The position numbers and the translations under genes are program-made. Positions 1-12,200 of a stretch of DNA of 64,000 bases are shown one piece after another (the stretch's first letter is position 1; the number at the start of each line of letters is the position of its first letter). This DNA comes from Harriotta raleighana. Lineage: Eukaryota. The notes under the pieces were generated by a model. It did not search any database, was not told the DNA's origin, and worked only from the letters and a program-made list of their open reading frames with translations. Location: positions 310,001 through 374,000 of the forward strand of contig JBNZDD010013726.1 in NCBI GenBank assembly GCA_050575255.1, written 5' to 3'.

Positions 1-227
1 CTGGGCAGTCTGTAAAGTTGACAATAAAAACATTGATATAATGGACTAAGTGACCTATGCTACAAATTTCTATTCTATGGTTTTAATTTTTAAGGAACAT
101 CACGTTTTCTACAGAGAATTCAGAAAGACTTTTAAGACAATGTTAGCACTGTTTTAGGAAAACAAAAAACAGTATTCAATAAGTTGTGCATTTTCAGGGC
201 CATTTACTACAAAACAACCCAAATTAC

Positions 228-294
228 CTCTCTTGTGAGGGGGGACTTCATCCTCCTATTTCTGAGGCCTTCCCAGTCAAAACCTTGAAACCAC
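228..294 (-). CDS. PRKG2: PRKG2-like coding exon 17 ([22 protein letters not shown]), AGC C-tail
   Basis: 67 nt, ttttag|G acceptor, GAG|gtaatt donor. Confidence 0.9.
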
Positions 295-3200
295 CTAAAA
301 TGAATTTAAAAAAGCCTATTCATTTGTAGTATGTTTATGAAAGGGAAACATAATATATTCTGTTCATGATATCTATCAATTGAATATTCATAGATGAAGT
401 ACTTTACAAGAGCAATATGAATATTAACAAAATACCACAATCAGTTTTATTTCAGGGAATATCAAAAGGTTATGTTTATAAATGAATACAGGGAAAGTGT
501 ACACTTGTTTGTTGCCTTGATCTTTGAGATAGATAGTGCTCGGAACTGTGCATTTAACACCTGATGGGATCCTGGAGAATCATGTTTGAATTAAAGTGAT
601 AATTGGACAGCATGGTCTATTCTATTTTATGTACCCGACACTAGCAGTCTGATCAAAGACTCTAATGACGAGAGCGCAGGAAAGGGAGATTGGCTCCAAA
701 CAGTTTGAGTAAGTAATCCCTTTAATACTTCAGTCACTGAGTAAGATTTGGGGTAATATGTTTGAATTCTTATGAATAACTTGATTCACTTGTGTCTTCA
801 TTCAGCTTGTCTGTAGCTTTCTTCTCGTGGTGTCTAATGTGGGGCCAGTGGGGTCTAAAAGGCAGCAATTTTAAATGGGGTTACATAACTAAGAAATCGC
901 TTTATCTGGTCACCACCATATGTCGTATATGTCACTCACAGGAACTCTGCCTGAATGTACATTATATTTCAAGAGGCTTCTTCAAACAGGCATCAGATAC
1001 ATATGGATTCTTTAAATTAGGTATCCTACTCTTGCTGCAAATTAAATTCCATGTCAAATTAATCAGCTAAATTCTGGGATGTATTTATTGGGGGAAAATG
1101 TTAATGAAATTTTAGACAGATTGCTCAAGACTTCTCCAGTTTGTGGTAACAATGTTGATTTAATATGGTAACAGTGGCAGTTACATTAAGAGTGTGCATT
1201 GATAATTACAGACCCGTCACCATTCATGGTCTGTGACCTTTCATTCCTTTTCTTGTTTGTCGCTTACTTGTGTTTCCGTATGTCATTTATTCCATTTTTC
1301 TTATTTCCCATTCTCTCAGTTGGGTTAAGTCTGCAAGCAGCAAAATTGGGATAGGATTGCAATTAATGAAAAGCTGCAATTTAATCATCCATTCAGTTAT
1401 AATGTTCAAATCTGGTTTATGAGTACTATGCTGTTTGATTTGCCGTTACTCATCACACTGCAATGCTACCCTAATTCAATACATTATAATGCAAAGAGGA
1501 AATATCAAATCCGACAGAAATGTGTCCGTCTTTGAAGGAGTAAATTGTCATGATCATTTGAGGGAGTCTGTTATCAAATCCACTGTTGTAGAACCATGTC
1601 ACATTTATTTTCCTGAAGGCTAGCTTTTATACATTAAGATTCATTACCTGCACAGTCTCCTGATTAGATCTTCAGATCGCTTCCCAATTCGTTTTGGAAA
1701 ATCTATCTTCTCAATCCCTCTCAAAATCATGTTGTAAATTTTGATTGGGTCAGGTCCTGTAAAAGGAGGGCTTGGAGGCAACAAAAGCCCAAAAGAGGCA
1801 TTACCATCTCAGCTAACAATCTTGGTTTAAATGCTGTACCAGTTGCTTAGCAATGTGTTATTTTTTAAAGACAAGAATGAGAGGTAAACTATTTACTCCT
1901 CTGAATGAATATTAAATCATTATTGACAATCTCCCAAGCAGAAGGTTTTAGACTTTCAACTCAATAGTGCCACAGTACAGAACTATGTTCACTGGAGAAT
2001 AAGTTCATGACTGCAATCTAAGGCCAGATTTCAAAAGCTTCCCAAAAGCTGCTAGGACCTTTTTGTCACTGGTTTCATAGCCTTAAACCTCTTGGTCTAA
2101 TGACTGCCTTTACCCTAATGTTCTTCATTGACAAAAAAAACACCATGAATGACTGTCATAAAATGTATGTATGCATTGTTAATTAATATGTATATATTAT
2201 TAATTATTTTTAAACAAAGAAAGTAATGCAAAGAGAAATCAAGGTAAAAATCACCTGAATATATTTGTAAAGAGATGGCTGATGAGAACACAATCAGATT
2301 TATTTTTAAGGCATCGTTCAACTTTTTACCCTATGGATTCTCCAAGAAAATATTTCAAACAGGTCATTTTCCTTTGAAAATTGATTCATTTCTGAGCTGT
2401 AAGAATAGATAAAAGCATCTACCTTCCAGTAAGTAGTTCAAAAACAAGAATTCCCAGAGACCAATAGTCTGCTCCAAAATCATGTCCCTTGTTCATTATA
2501 ACCTCGGGGGAAACATATTCAGGAGTTCCGCAGAAGGTCCAAGTCTTCTTGCCCAGCCCAATCTTCTTGGCGAAACCAAAATCAACCTGATAAACAAAAA
2601 GAGCAATAAATAAATCCAAAGAACAATAGTGTCTATTATTAACTATGTGTAATACAAGTTGGAATTACACTGGGAAAAGATAACTCAAAGAGAATCTGCA
2701 GCTTGATGACATAGTAATTTTGCCCACAAAATATACAGTCAATGCACTTTACCATATATTCTGTGAAGCGCTTTGAGATGTTTCAAAGATGTAATAATAT
2801 ATTAAATAATATGATATCATATATCAAATGCAGGGATTATTATTATCCATGGAAGTATAACTGCAACATAGACAATTATGTAATGCTCCTATTAAAATGA
2901 TGTGGGATCACAAAGATATCTGCGAGGGAGCAAATGTGGATGAAAGCGACTCTTTCAATGCAAGAACAAGCAGTTTTGTTCCAAGCATAATAATTTCTTC
3001 ACTGTTCTACAACTTTGTCACAGCATTCTGTGAATAAATAGCTCATTCTGTGCATTTCTTTGACATGTGCATTGTTTGGATGCTGCTGTGTGTTAGTGGT
3101 TCATATTCTGCCTCAGTGTTAAAAGGTCAGAGAAAAACGTTTTACTTTCATTGTTTTGGAGCGTGCATTTTGTTGGAGGAGGCCATCATGAGAAAGTGAA

Positions 3201-6200
3201 ATACAAACAATCAGTGATAAATCAGAACTCACAAAAAAATAAACTCAGACTGACTTGCTCCATCCACACATTGGATTTAATCTGCTCCTGTAGGCTCTAA
3301 CCAACATATTTGCACTTCCTGAAGAAAGGATTCCATGAGGAAAAGTTCGGCAGGTCTCTCCCACTTCTCAAAACAAGCCGAACAAAACTCGAAAATGTCT
3401 CTCACATCTTAAAAATTCTCCATTACACATCCTCTGCCCACATCAAAGTGAAAATACCAAATTCAACAACAACAAACAACAAAATTACATTTATAGAGTG
3501 CCTTTCACATCAGGAGAACATCAGCGAAGCAGTGACATCTTAAGAACATAAGAACATAAGAATTAGGAGCAGGAGTAGGCCATTCGGCCCTTCGAGCCTG
3601 CCCCGCCATTCAATAGGATCAAGGCTGATCTTCTGACCTAACTCTAATTACCTGCCCTATCCCTATATCCTCTAATCCCTCTATTTTAAAAAAAAATCTT
3701 TCAATCTCAGCCTTGAAAATGTTCAAGGACTGAGCATTTACAGCCTTCTGGGGGTAGTGAATTCCATAAATTCACTACCCTCTGAGTGAAGAAATATTTC
3801 CTCAACTCTTTCTAAAAGGCCTACCCTTAATTTTAAGACTGTGATCCCTATAGATTCTTAATCTTAACTGACTGTTGCGCCTTATAATGTCATTGAATCG
3901 CCTCAAAGCACTTCTCAGGGTATATTGTAAAGTGTATTGACTATGTATTTGTTGAGTGTGATTTGTAATATATGAGATTGAAGCGCACCAATTTTACATA
4001 TCCTTCTGCATCCAACACTAGGTTTTCTGGTTTCAGGTCCCTGTATATGATTCCTTGGTTGTGCAGATAATCAAAGGCCTCAAGAACACAGCCCACACAA
4101 AACCTGGCTGTTGATTCTTCAAAGAAATACCTGCAATGTAAAAAAGCTATGGTCGGTATTTGTTACACAACATTGCATTAGCACAAGGGAAACATTATTA
4201 AAAAAAAAGTTGTAATTCCTTTTTGATCTCAAATTAACAGGTGGACACTATCAAAGGTGCCTTGACAATTACGCTTATGAAGATGATCTATTCAAATTAA
4301 CTAAAGAGACACAGGGTGACTTCTCGAACCTGCCCTACAAAATATCCTCTTGTTTTCAGTTCCTTTTAGTGCATCTCTTATTTTTCACCTTTCTCTTAAG
4401 ATTAGGATTTTTAAACTTTTAACTGTTCAACAGCATTTGTCTCTATTATGTCCTTAATAATGTATTTCAATATAGAGGCACTAAAATGGAGTGGTCAGAA
4501 TACAAGGGCACAATTATTAGAAATGACATACACTCACATGTCACGTAGTACGCTCCAGAGCTCCCCACCCAGACACACCTCCATCAACATGTACACATAC
4601 TTGAGATCTCGAAAAGTTCTGTATAATCTGCCAAAAAGCACACAAACAAGTTTACAGGCATGTTTTTTTTTTGTACTGTCATTTCGCTAAATTCACAAAG
4701 CAGATAAATCATCTGTGTATGTAGTGTTTGTTTTCCCCACGTTTTATTTTTTATTGAATACACTGAAGCAAAGAGACGTCAGCCCGACATGAAAGGTGCT
4801 ACTTTATTTAAATGCAATGTGTTCTTGTTATTGTAAACTGACATTAATCTTATCCCCAGAATTTTTTTTCATGATTTTGTTTCTACTGTACAACTATCCA
4901 ACCTCACATTCTATAAAGAAAGCATTATCACTAGCAATTAAACTAAAATATTTTGTAGAGAGTGTTTTGTACTGTATTATAGCAGCAGTTAGAACAGATG
5001 GTTCTATGAGCCCTCTATTATAAAGCCTATTATGGAAAATCCTCAGCAACATTTTTGCTTTTGTCAGCTGGTCACACAATTCATAATCATAAATGACATA
5101 CAACATCTGAAGATGACACATTCCATATTCGAAATAAGCACACTGGGCACTCACATGGTGGCCACATAAGACAATAATATCTAAATATATGCGCACATCC
5201 TGTTTCACCAGCATGATTCTCATTGGTGATTTGATCGTATGATAAGTACCTGATCAGAAAAGAGAAATGTTTTGATGGTAAGATGTTGGAACATTAGTAA
5301 GAGGCGGAAGAATCCCTGAGAAAGGCAACTTGTTTTGTTTTATTATTATCTTAAAAGATATGATGTACTCCTAATTGAAAAAGAAAGCTAATACAGCACT
5401 GACAACAGCTTACTTGCCAAGTGTCTTGTGCTTGTAGTTTTGTCTTTCCCACGAAACAAGGATCTCAGAAATGTAAAATACAATGATATTCAAAAAGAGA
5501 ATTCAGTTGCTTCTGGTGTTCTGGCCTACAATTCCCCAAATTAATTGGTCACTGACAACATGAGTGCCTGTCAGAGGTTACCTGAGCAAATAGCTGCCCA
5601 CATTTGCCAACAAAAGCAATCACTATTCTTGGCATTGATTATCTGTGAAGTGCTTTAGACATTTTGATGGTTTAAAAATTCAAGCCGCAAGACCATTTGA
5701 TCTTAAAAGATAAGATGATATTGGATCATGAAAATTTGCATTTAATACACTGAATATAACAGAAATTCTTAAGCATTGAAAGTATAATTTTTGGAGTCCT
5801 CATGGAGACCTCGTGAAGTCCTGTGGCTCAGTGGTTACAGCATTCATCTTACAAGCGAGAGACCTGGGTTCAATTCCAGGCAAGTCAGGGAGAAACCTTG
5901 GGCAAGTTTCCTTACTCCACACACCTAATGATAATCCTTCAAGAAAAATAATAAGAAATTGGTTATTTTAATCCATGACTGTTTGTGGGACACTGCTGTG
6001 CGCAACTTGCTGCCACATTTCATCACAAAATATACAGTAAATTCACTTTACAGTATATTCTGTTAAGCGCTTGAGACATCTAGAAGATCTGAAAAGTACT
6101 ATATCAAATGCAAGGATTTGTCTTCTTATTATAATTCATTACTTAAAGTCAAAGAAAAGTGCACTTAGAAATTACAAACTAGTAATTTAACCACAGTTTC

Positions 6201-9200
6201 TTAGGAAAATCTTTGATCAATAAACTAGTAAACAGTCAGTGAATATCAATTCAAGAGGCAACTGTGGCTTGGTCACATTTAAGTCAGTATTGTATAGTAT
6301 TGTCAGTATATTGTATATTGTGTCTCTCTCCTAAAGATAACAGGAATATTTAATAATTGAAGATATCATTCCTGGACATATGTAAGAACCATCTATTAAG
6401 TTCTCTGTTGAGTGAATAAATCTTCAAGTACCTTACAATGAATTGAGATTTAGTCTGTGCCAGGAGGTTCTTCTCAGAATAGATGTGTTCCTGTTGCCGG
6501 GTCTCCACAATGTGTTTTTTCTTGATACACTTCAAGGCGAAAGTGGTATCTTCATCCTTCAGTTTCACCTGAGGTACAAAAGTAGGTCTTAACATATCTC
6601 ATTGCTATTGGAGACCTGAATTAAGAATGTAACGACAGCCTTTGTTTCAAATCTGCTAATTCCCCTGCAAATACTACGAACGCTAGAAAAGGAAACCTCA
6701 TGGGCAATGCTGATTTTGTTTTCTCTACTTTATTTGGGGAAGTTACTTATTTCTGTTTATTGCCATCACACAAGGTAATGGTTGAGATTAGGATTCTATT
6801 AAGCGGAAAACCATAGTGATAAAATGTACCTCGGACCTCTCTATGGTAAAGGGTGTTAGAGCTTTAATATTTTGTAGTGCCTCATTCCAACTAAGAATGA
6901 ATAATATCAGTTGGGGTGCAGGCATCACATTTCTTAATTTCAATATAAACAGTTAATCTAAGGCTAGATTAGCTAATAGGCTATTTGGAAACTGCAAAAT
7001 CTTGCAGAATCTATAAACTTCCCAATATTTATTAGATTTGGATGGCAGTTGACACCATGCACATTTGTATACATATTACACAGAAAATTAAGACTGTTTG
7101 TGCAGAACACAAATAAATATACACCATCTGCGTGACACACACACACACTTTACCAAAAGATGCTTCATGTTTAGGTTTCATCTTTCCATAGTGATTAACC
7201 ATGATTGTTAACTTCATTACAGGTTAAAATCTTTCCATTAACAACAACAACAAAATTACATTTATCGAGTGTCTTTCACTTCGGGAGGACATCCCAAGGC
7301 ATTTAAGTGGAACATGTGCTGAAACTAATCTCTCAACCATCCTTTTTCTTCCCACTTACCAGCTCCACACGACCAAAGCCTCCCATGCCAAGAGTAGCAA
7401 TGATATCTAAATTTCTGAAAGGGCAATTGCTTGAAAACCTGATGACTTTCTCCCTCAGGCGTACAATCTCACTGTCCTCTGGGGAAAACTGGCCTGTTAG
7501 CATGAGTGGCCTTAGGGAATCAAAAGGATTACATTTAGACATTGTATCAAAACAGTTACAACTGCAAACAACCTCAGTAGCAGGTATTAAACATTGGTTT
7601 GCAATACACACACTTAACATCTTTACAATACTGACCCATCCAGCTCAGTCCTCAGATCAGAACCTAGTTTATGGAGCTGTACAATTAGGCATGATTTAAG
7701 TTTTGATATGAGTAGAGTACTAACATTGCATTTCTCTTCTCATCGCTGAGGGATAACTGCTCCACATACTTCTTCAGAGATGTTTGCAACTCCTCATAGG
7801 TGCCAATCATCTGGTTAAAAGTGCTGAATGTAAATGTTAAAGTACAGTGAGACATCATCAAATAAAGACATATTTCATTATTAGGTCACATTAATTCTGT
7901 TAGCAACTGACAATAAAATCAATTTTCAGTAAATTTTGGATACAGAAACAATAGCGGTACAAAAATTAAGATTTAATTTGTTCACTTGCAAATACAGAGT
8001 CACTACAGTAATTGTTGTGAAGCACTTTAGACATCCTTCTGACATGAAAGGTATTACACACAATGCATAGATTGTTAACCTTATTATTTTCAGAATATGA
8101 TACGAAGAAAACAGTAAATTAAGAAACTATTCCTTTAATGAATTCATCTTAACACTAAGTCATTATATTTAAACAATGCAGTCCAAATAATAGACTTCAC
8201 TGATGCCTTGGTGATTTCTAGTCACTCCAACATCTATCAATGAAATAATACTCTGGCATGATAATTAGTATTAACAATCTAAACATCTAGTGGGATAGGT
8301 GGTTACATAAATATTAAATACGAAAAATATGCAGCAATTTTCAAGTGCCTCTGTGTGTTGTTAGAGGGAAGCAAACTACATGACAGACTTACTCACGATC
8401 TATTACCAGGCAATGGATGTCGTTTTCATCAGCTATTATGTTTGCAGATCGGACATCCTCACTGTGCCCCCCGGAAAGAAAAAATTAAAAGGGAACAAGA
8501 TAGGACGATTAAACAATTGAAACATCATTGATGTGGCTATTTTCCAAACTAAAATCACTGCATTTTTCTATTAAATATCCCCGGCAGTCGGTAGACTTTA
8601 AAGCAAACTCCAGCTACAAATAATTCCTTGTATCATATCTAAACTCTGTGTTCATTTTGCAGATTCAAGCAACCTGGGCTGATTTAAATCTTCAATCAAT
8701 AATATTCTAACTGATTAGCAAATTTGATAAATTATTAGCAAATTAGCACAAATTTACTGTATTTTTTGTGGGGGAGAGGGAGTGTGGGTGTAACATTTTT
8801 AGGTTAGGGATATCAGAGATGACAAATGGAACATTTTTTCCATCCAGTTTCACCATCAACGAGTCTCAGAAAATCTCTAAACATAGAAACCATTGCATTC
8901 GAACATGCTTGTGGGCCACCTAAGTTCAGTATAAATGCCAAAATCAGGGACAATTGTTTTCATACATCTGAAGTCTCATAAATCTGTGTTACATCCTATT
9001 GTTTGAAGATATTGAAGAAGCCAAATCCAGGGGGGTTGCTTTAATCCTGCTATATTTGAACATGTATTTCAGTCACAATAAACAATAAACATAATGAAGT
9101 TATTATCCATGCTGTACACTTATGCACCTTATTAGGGCTTTCTCTCCAAAGTAATCTCCTACTCCCAATGTCTTAATCTTCTGTGGGTCTTCAATTCCCT

Positions 9201-12200
9201 CTGTCATCTGTGTCACTCGCACCTGCACAGATTAACAGCACCATAAAACCCTTGTAGTCAACTGTTTTATTCAGGTGAGTGAATAAGCAGAACATTCTTT
9301 CTTTCAGGAATCGTATTGCAATAGTACATTTGAAATATTTAAGGTATTGAGTGCAACAATGGACAATTTATCTCAATTACTGAGGAAATTTTCAAGAACT
9401 ATAAATTAGAATGACATAAAACCAATTTAGTTTTGATGCAGCACATGAAGTGGAAAGCACAGCTCACGTGACATGACATTTCCAGGATGCCTTTTGTCAT
9501 GCCTTGAAGATTGCTGCAAAGTACTGCTGAATATCAATGTTTTTCTTGATCATCTATAATTTTACACATTAACGAGGGCTCATAATGCTTGGTTGTTCTG
9601 TGCATTTATTTTTTATCTGGAGAATTTTTATCAATACAAGGATATTTATTAATGACCTTAGAACGGGCAGTGCACCATGACATCTCATTTCTCATTTAAC
9701 AGGGATGCCTCTCTTTATAAGCATGATAACGTCAGGATAACATTAAACATTAGAAAAGAGTACTCCTCACCCACTCATGTAAATCATAAAAACACATTAG
9801 CAGACTCACATATGGTTTGGTTTAGATTCATTCCAGATTTTATTACATTACAATTTTTCCTCCATTCAGTAAACGTGAGAATAAATGTTTCAATAAATGA
9901 AAGTACTGTAAATGGTTTCCCTACCTTTCCTTTTGCAATAATGAAGAAGGTATTTCCCTCCTCTCCTTGGCGGATTATGTATTCTCCTTCATCATAATAA
10001 TCCTATCCGATATGAAGAGGTTGCATACGGGGATGGGATATAGAAAGAGTCACTTTTAAAACAGCAACGACAACAATCCGTATTTATATAGCCCCCCTTA
10101 TGCAGGTTAGTGTTTCAGAGCGCTTAACAATGGGGGAGCACAATGCTGAGCTGGGAGTAGGTGACATAGACACCTTCGAAGAGGAAGATCTTCAGGTGCG
10201 ATCTGCAGGAAGAAAGGGGCATGGTGGACGGATGTAGGAAAAGTGTTCCTGAGTTTTGGGGCATAGTTACTGAAAGTTTGGCCACTGATGGTGGAACGGA
10301 GAGAATGAGGGACATGCAGGAGACCAGATTCAATCAAGCGGAGGTAGCAGATACACAATATACAGAATTGGTTATCAATTGTTAAAACAAGTTACATTTC
10401 AAAATTATTTGTTTGAATGTTAGCACAAAGTTCCGCCATGTGGAATAGGAGAAATAAGGATAGATAAAATCATATGAAATATAGCTGTTCAATTCACATG
10501 ACTACACGTGAAACATTTTGGTTACAATTTATTCTGTGACTGGTAGATCACTCTGTTAAAGTGTACTCACAACTTCCAAGCAATCTACAATCTTCGCCAA
10601 TTTTTCCTCAGAAAAATCCTTCAGCAGAGAAACACTAGAAACCATACAAAACAAAAGCCACTCAGTCATATCAGAAGCATCCAGCACCTGCACTAACCAC
10701 GTGAACAATATACTGGCAATGGGCTCTAAACTGTATATATGGCATTTCCCTAGCTATTACATGAAGATGACACATAAAAGCAGCATTTGTTGTATTTAGA
10801 GCAGAATATGAATGAGGCTACCAGTGCACGTGTATAAAACTATCTAAATATATATTTTTGAGCTGTGGTTAGACTGCTGGATTGATTTATGAGAGCTAAC
10901 ATTTCCTCTGGCTGTTTTGCATTCTCCTTCAGTTCATGAGTTTCAAATACAAAGCCTGGTTTAAACAAGTTCTTATTATGGCCTTATATAAATTCTTAAA
11001 GGAACAGTCATTCATCATATATTGTTGATACAATACTTGTATGGTATTTCTGTACAATCTACAGAAATATTGGCTTTCAAATTAGCGTGCATTAATGAAT
11101 TTTCAAATAAATCACATTTTAAGACCTCGGTCTTAAGGCTAAGGCCAAGTGGATTTACAGACAGGATTCAATATTTTATGAAACCACATTTTTAACGCAA
11201 TGTGGTTTCTATCCTTGGGACGTCCTCCCGACGTGAAAGGCGCTCTAACAATGTAAATTTGTTGCTGCTGTTGTTGTTATCATTATAGAGGTCTTCACAC
11301 ACAGGGAATACATGTTGACAAACTCTCCTCCACCAATCAGCCTCTGGATTATTTAGTTCTGATCAAATTCATTGCTTAGGAACTTAAAAATCAACCCTAA
11401 ACTCATCCTTGTTACCAAGTATGCTCTGAGCGGTTCCTACCTGCGCAAGAAGTTGAAATATTCCTCATGTCTGTCCTGTGCTGACTTCATCATTATGTTC
11501 TGGAAAACTTGCCGATCCAATACCCAAATCCAAGATTTAACCACAGCTTTAAAAACAACCCCAAACATTGCACTGTTTAGAAATTATGTTTTAGAAGCTA
11601 AACCTGAGTACTAGGTTATATTTTGGTACTGTCATAAGTTCTTCAAACAATAAAGACAAATACAACCTTCACTATTACAAGAGACATTCACTATTACAAG
11701 AGAGACATTCACTATTACAAGAGAGACTTTCACTATTACAAGGGAGACAAATATACCTTTCACTATTACAAGAGAGACAAATATAACCTTCAATATTACA
11801 AGAGAGACTTTCAATATTACAAGAGAGATTTTCACTATTACGCGTTCCTCCATCAGTCTATGTCAGTGATAATGAGAGATATACAGAGAATGACTAGGGA
11901 CTGCAACAAGAGCCAGTAGAGAATGATAGGATGGGATGAGTTAAAAACTCTTAAAGACTGATTTAATAAACGAATATGATCTAGAATAAATACCTTTGAC
12001 AGAAGCAGTTCTTTTGCAGTTGTAGAGGATAGCAAGTTCACCAAATGCTGTTCCAGGATACATCTGTCCCAGCTGTTTGCCATTCTGCAGAACTTCCAAT
12101 AACCCTTCTTTAAAAGGATAATTCAAACATTTTAGCAATATGTAAACAAGCTTCACCTTCATAACCAGACTTCTAACTCTCTAAGTTTCTGGTTAAAAAA

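Noticed and set aside
7307-7699. 130-aa plus-strand ORF, and similar antisense ORFs over collagen exons (36020, 43850)
   Set aside because: These are antisense shadows of real minus-strand exons.
11632-11853. Repetitive hydrophobic ORF (VSLVIVK repeats), and a CRISPR-like appearance
   Set aside because: It is the translation of an intronic minisatellite, with no unique spacers, no cas genes and a eukaryotic context.
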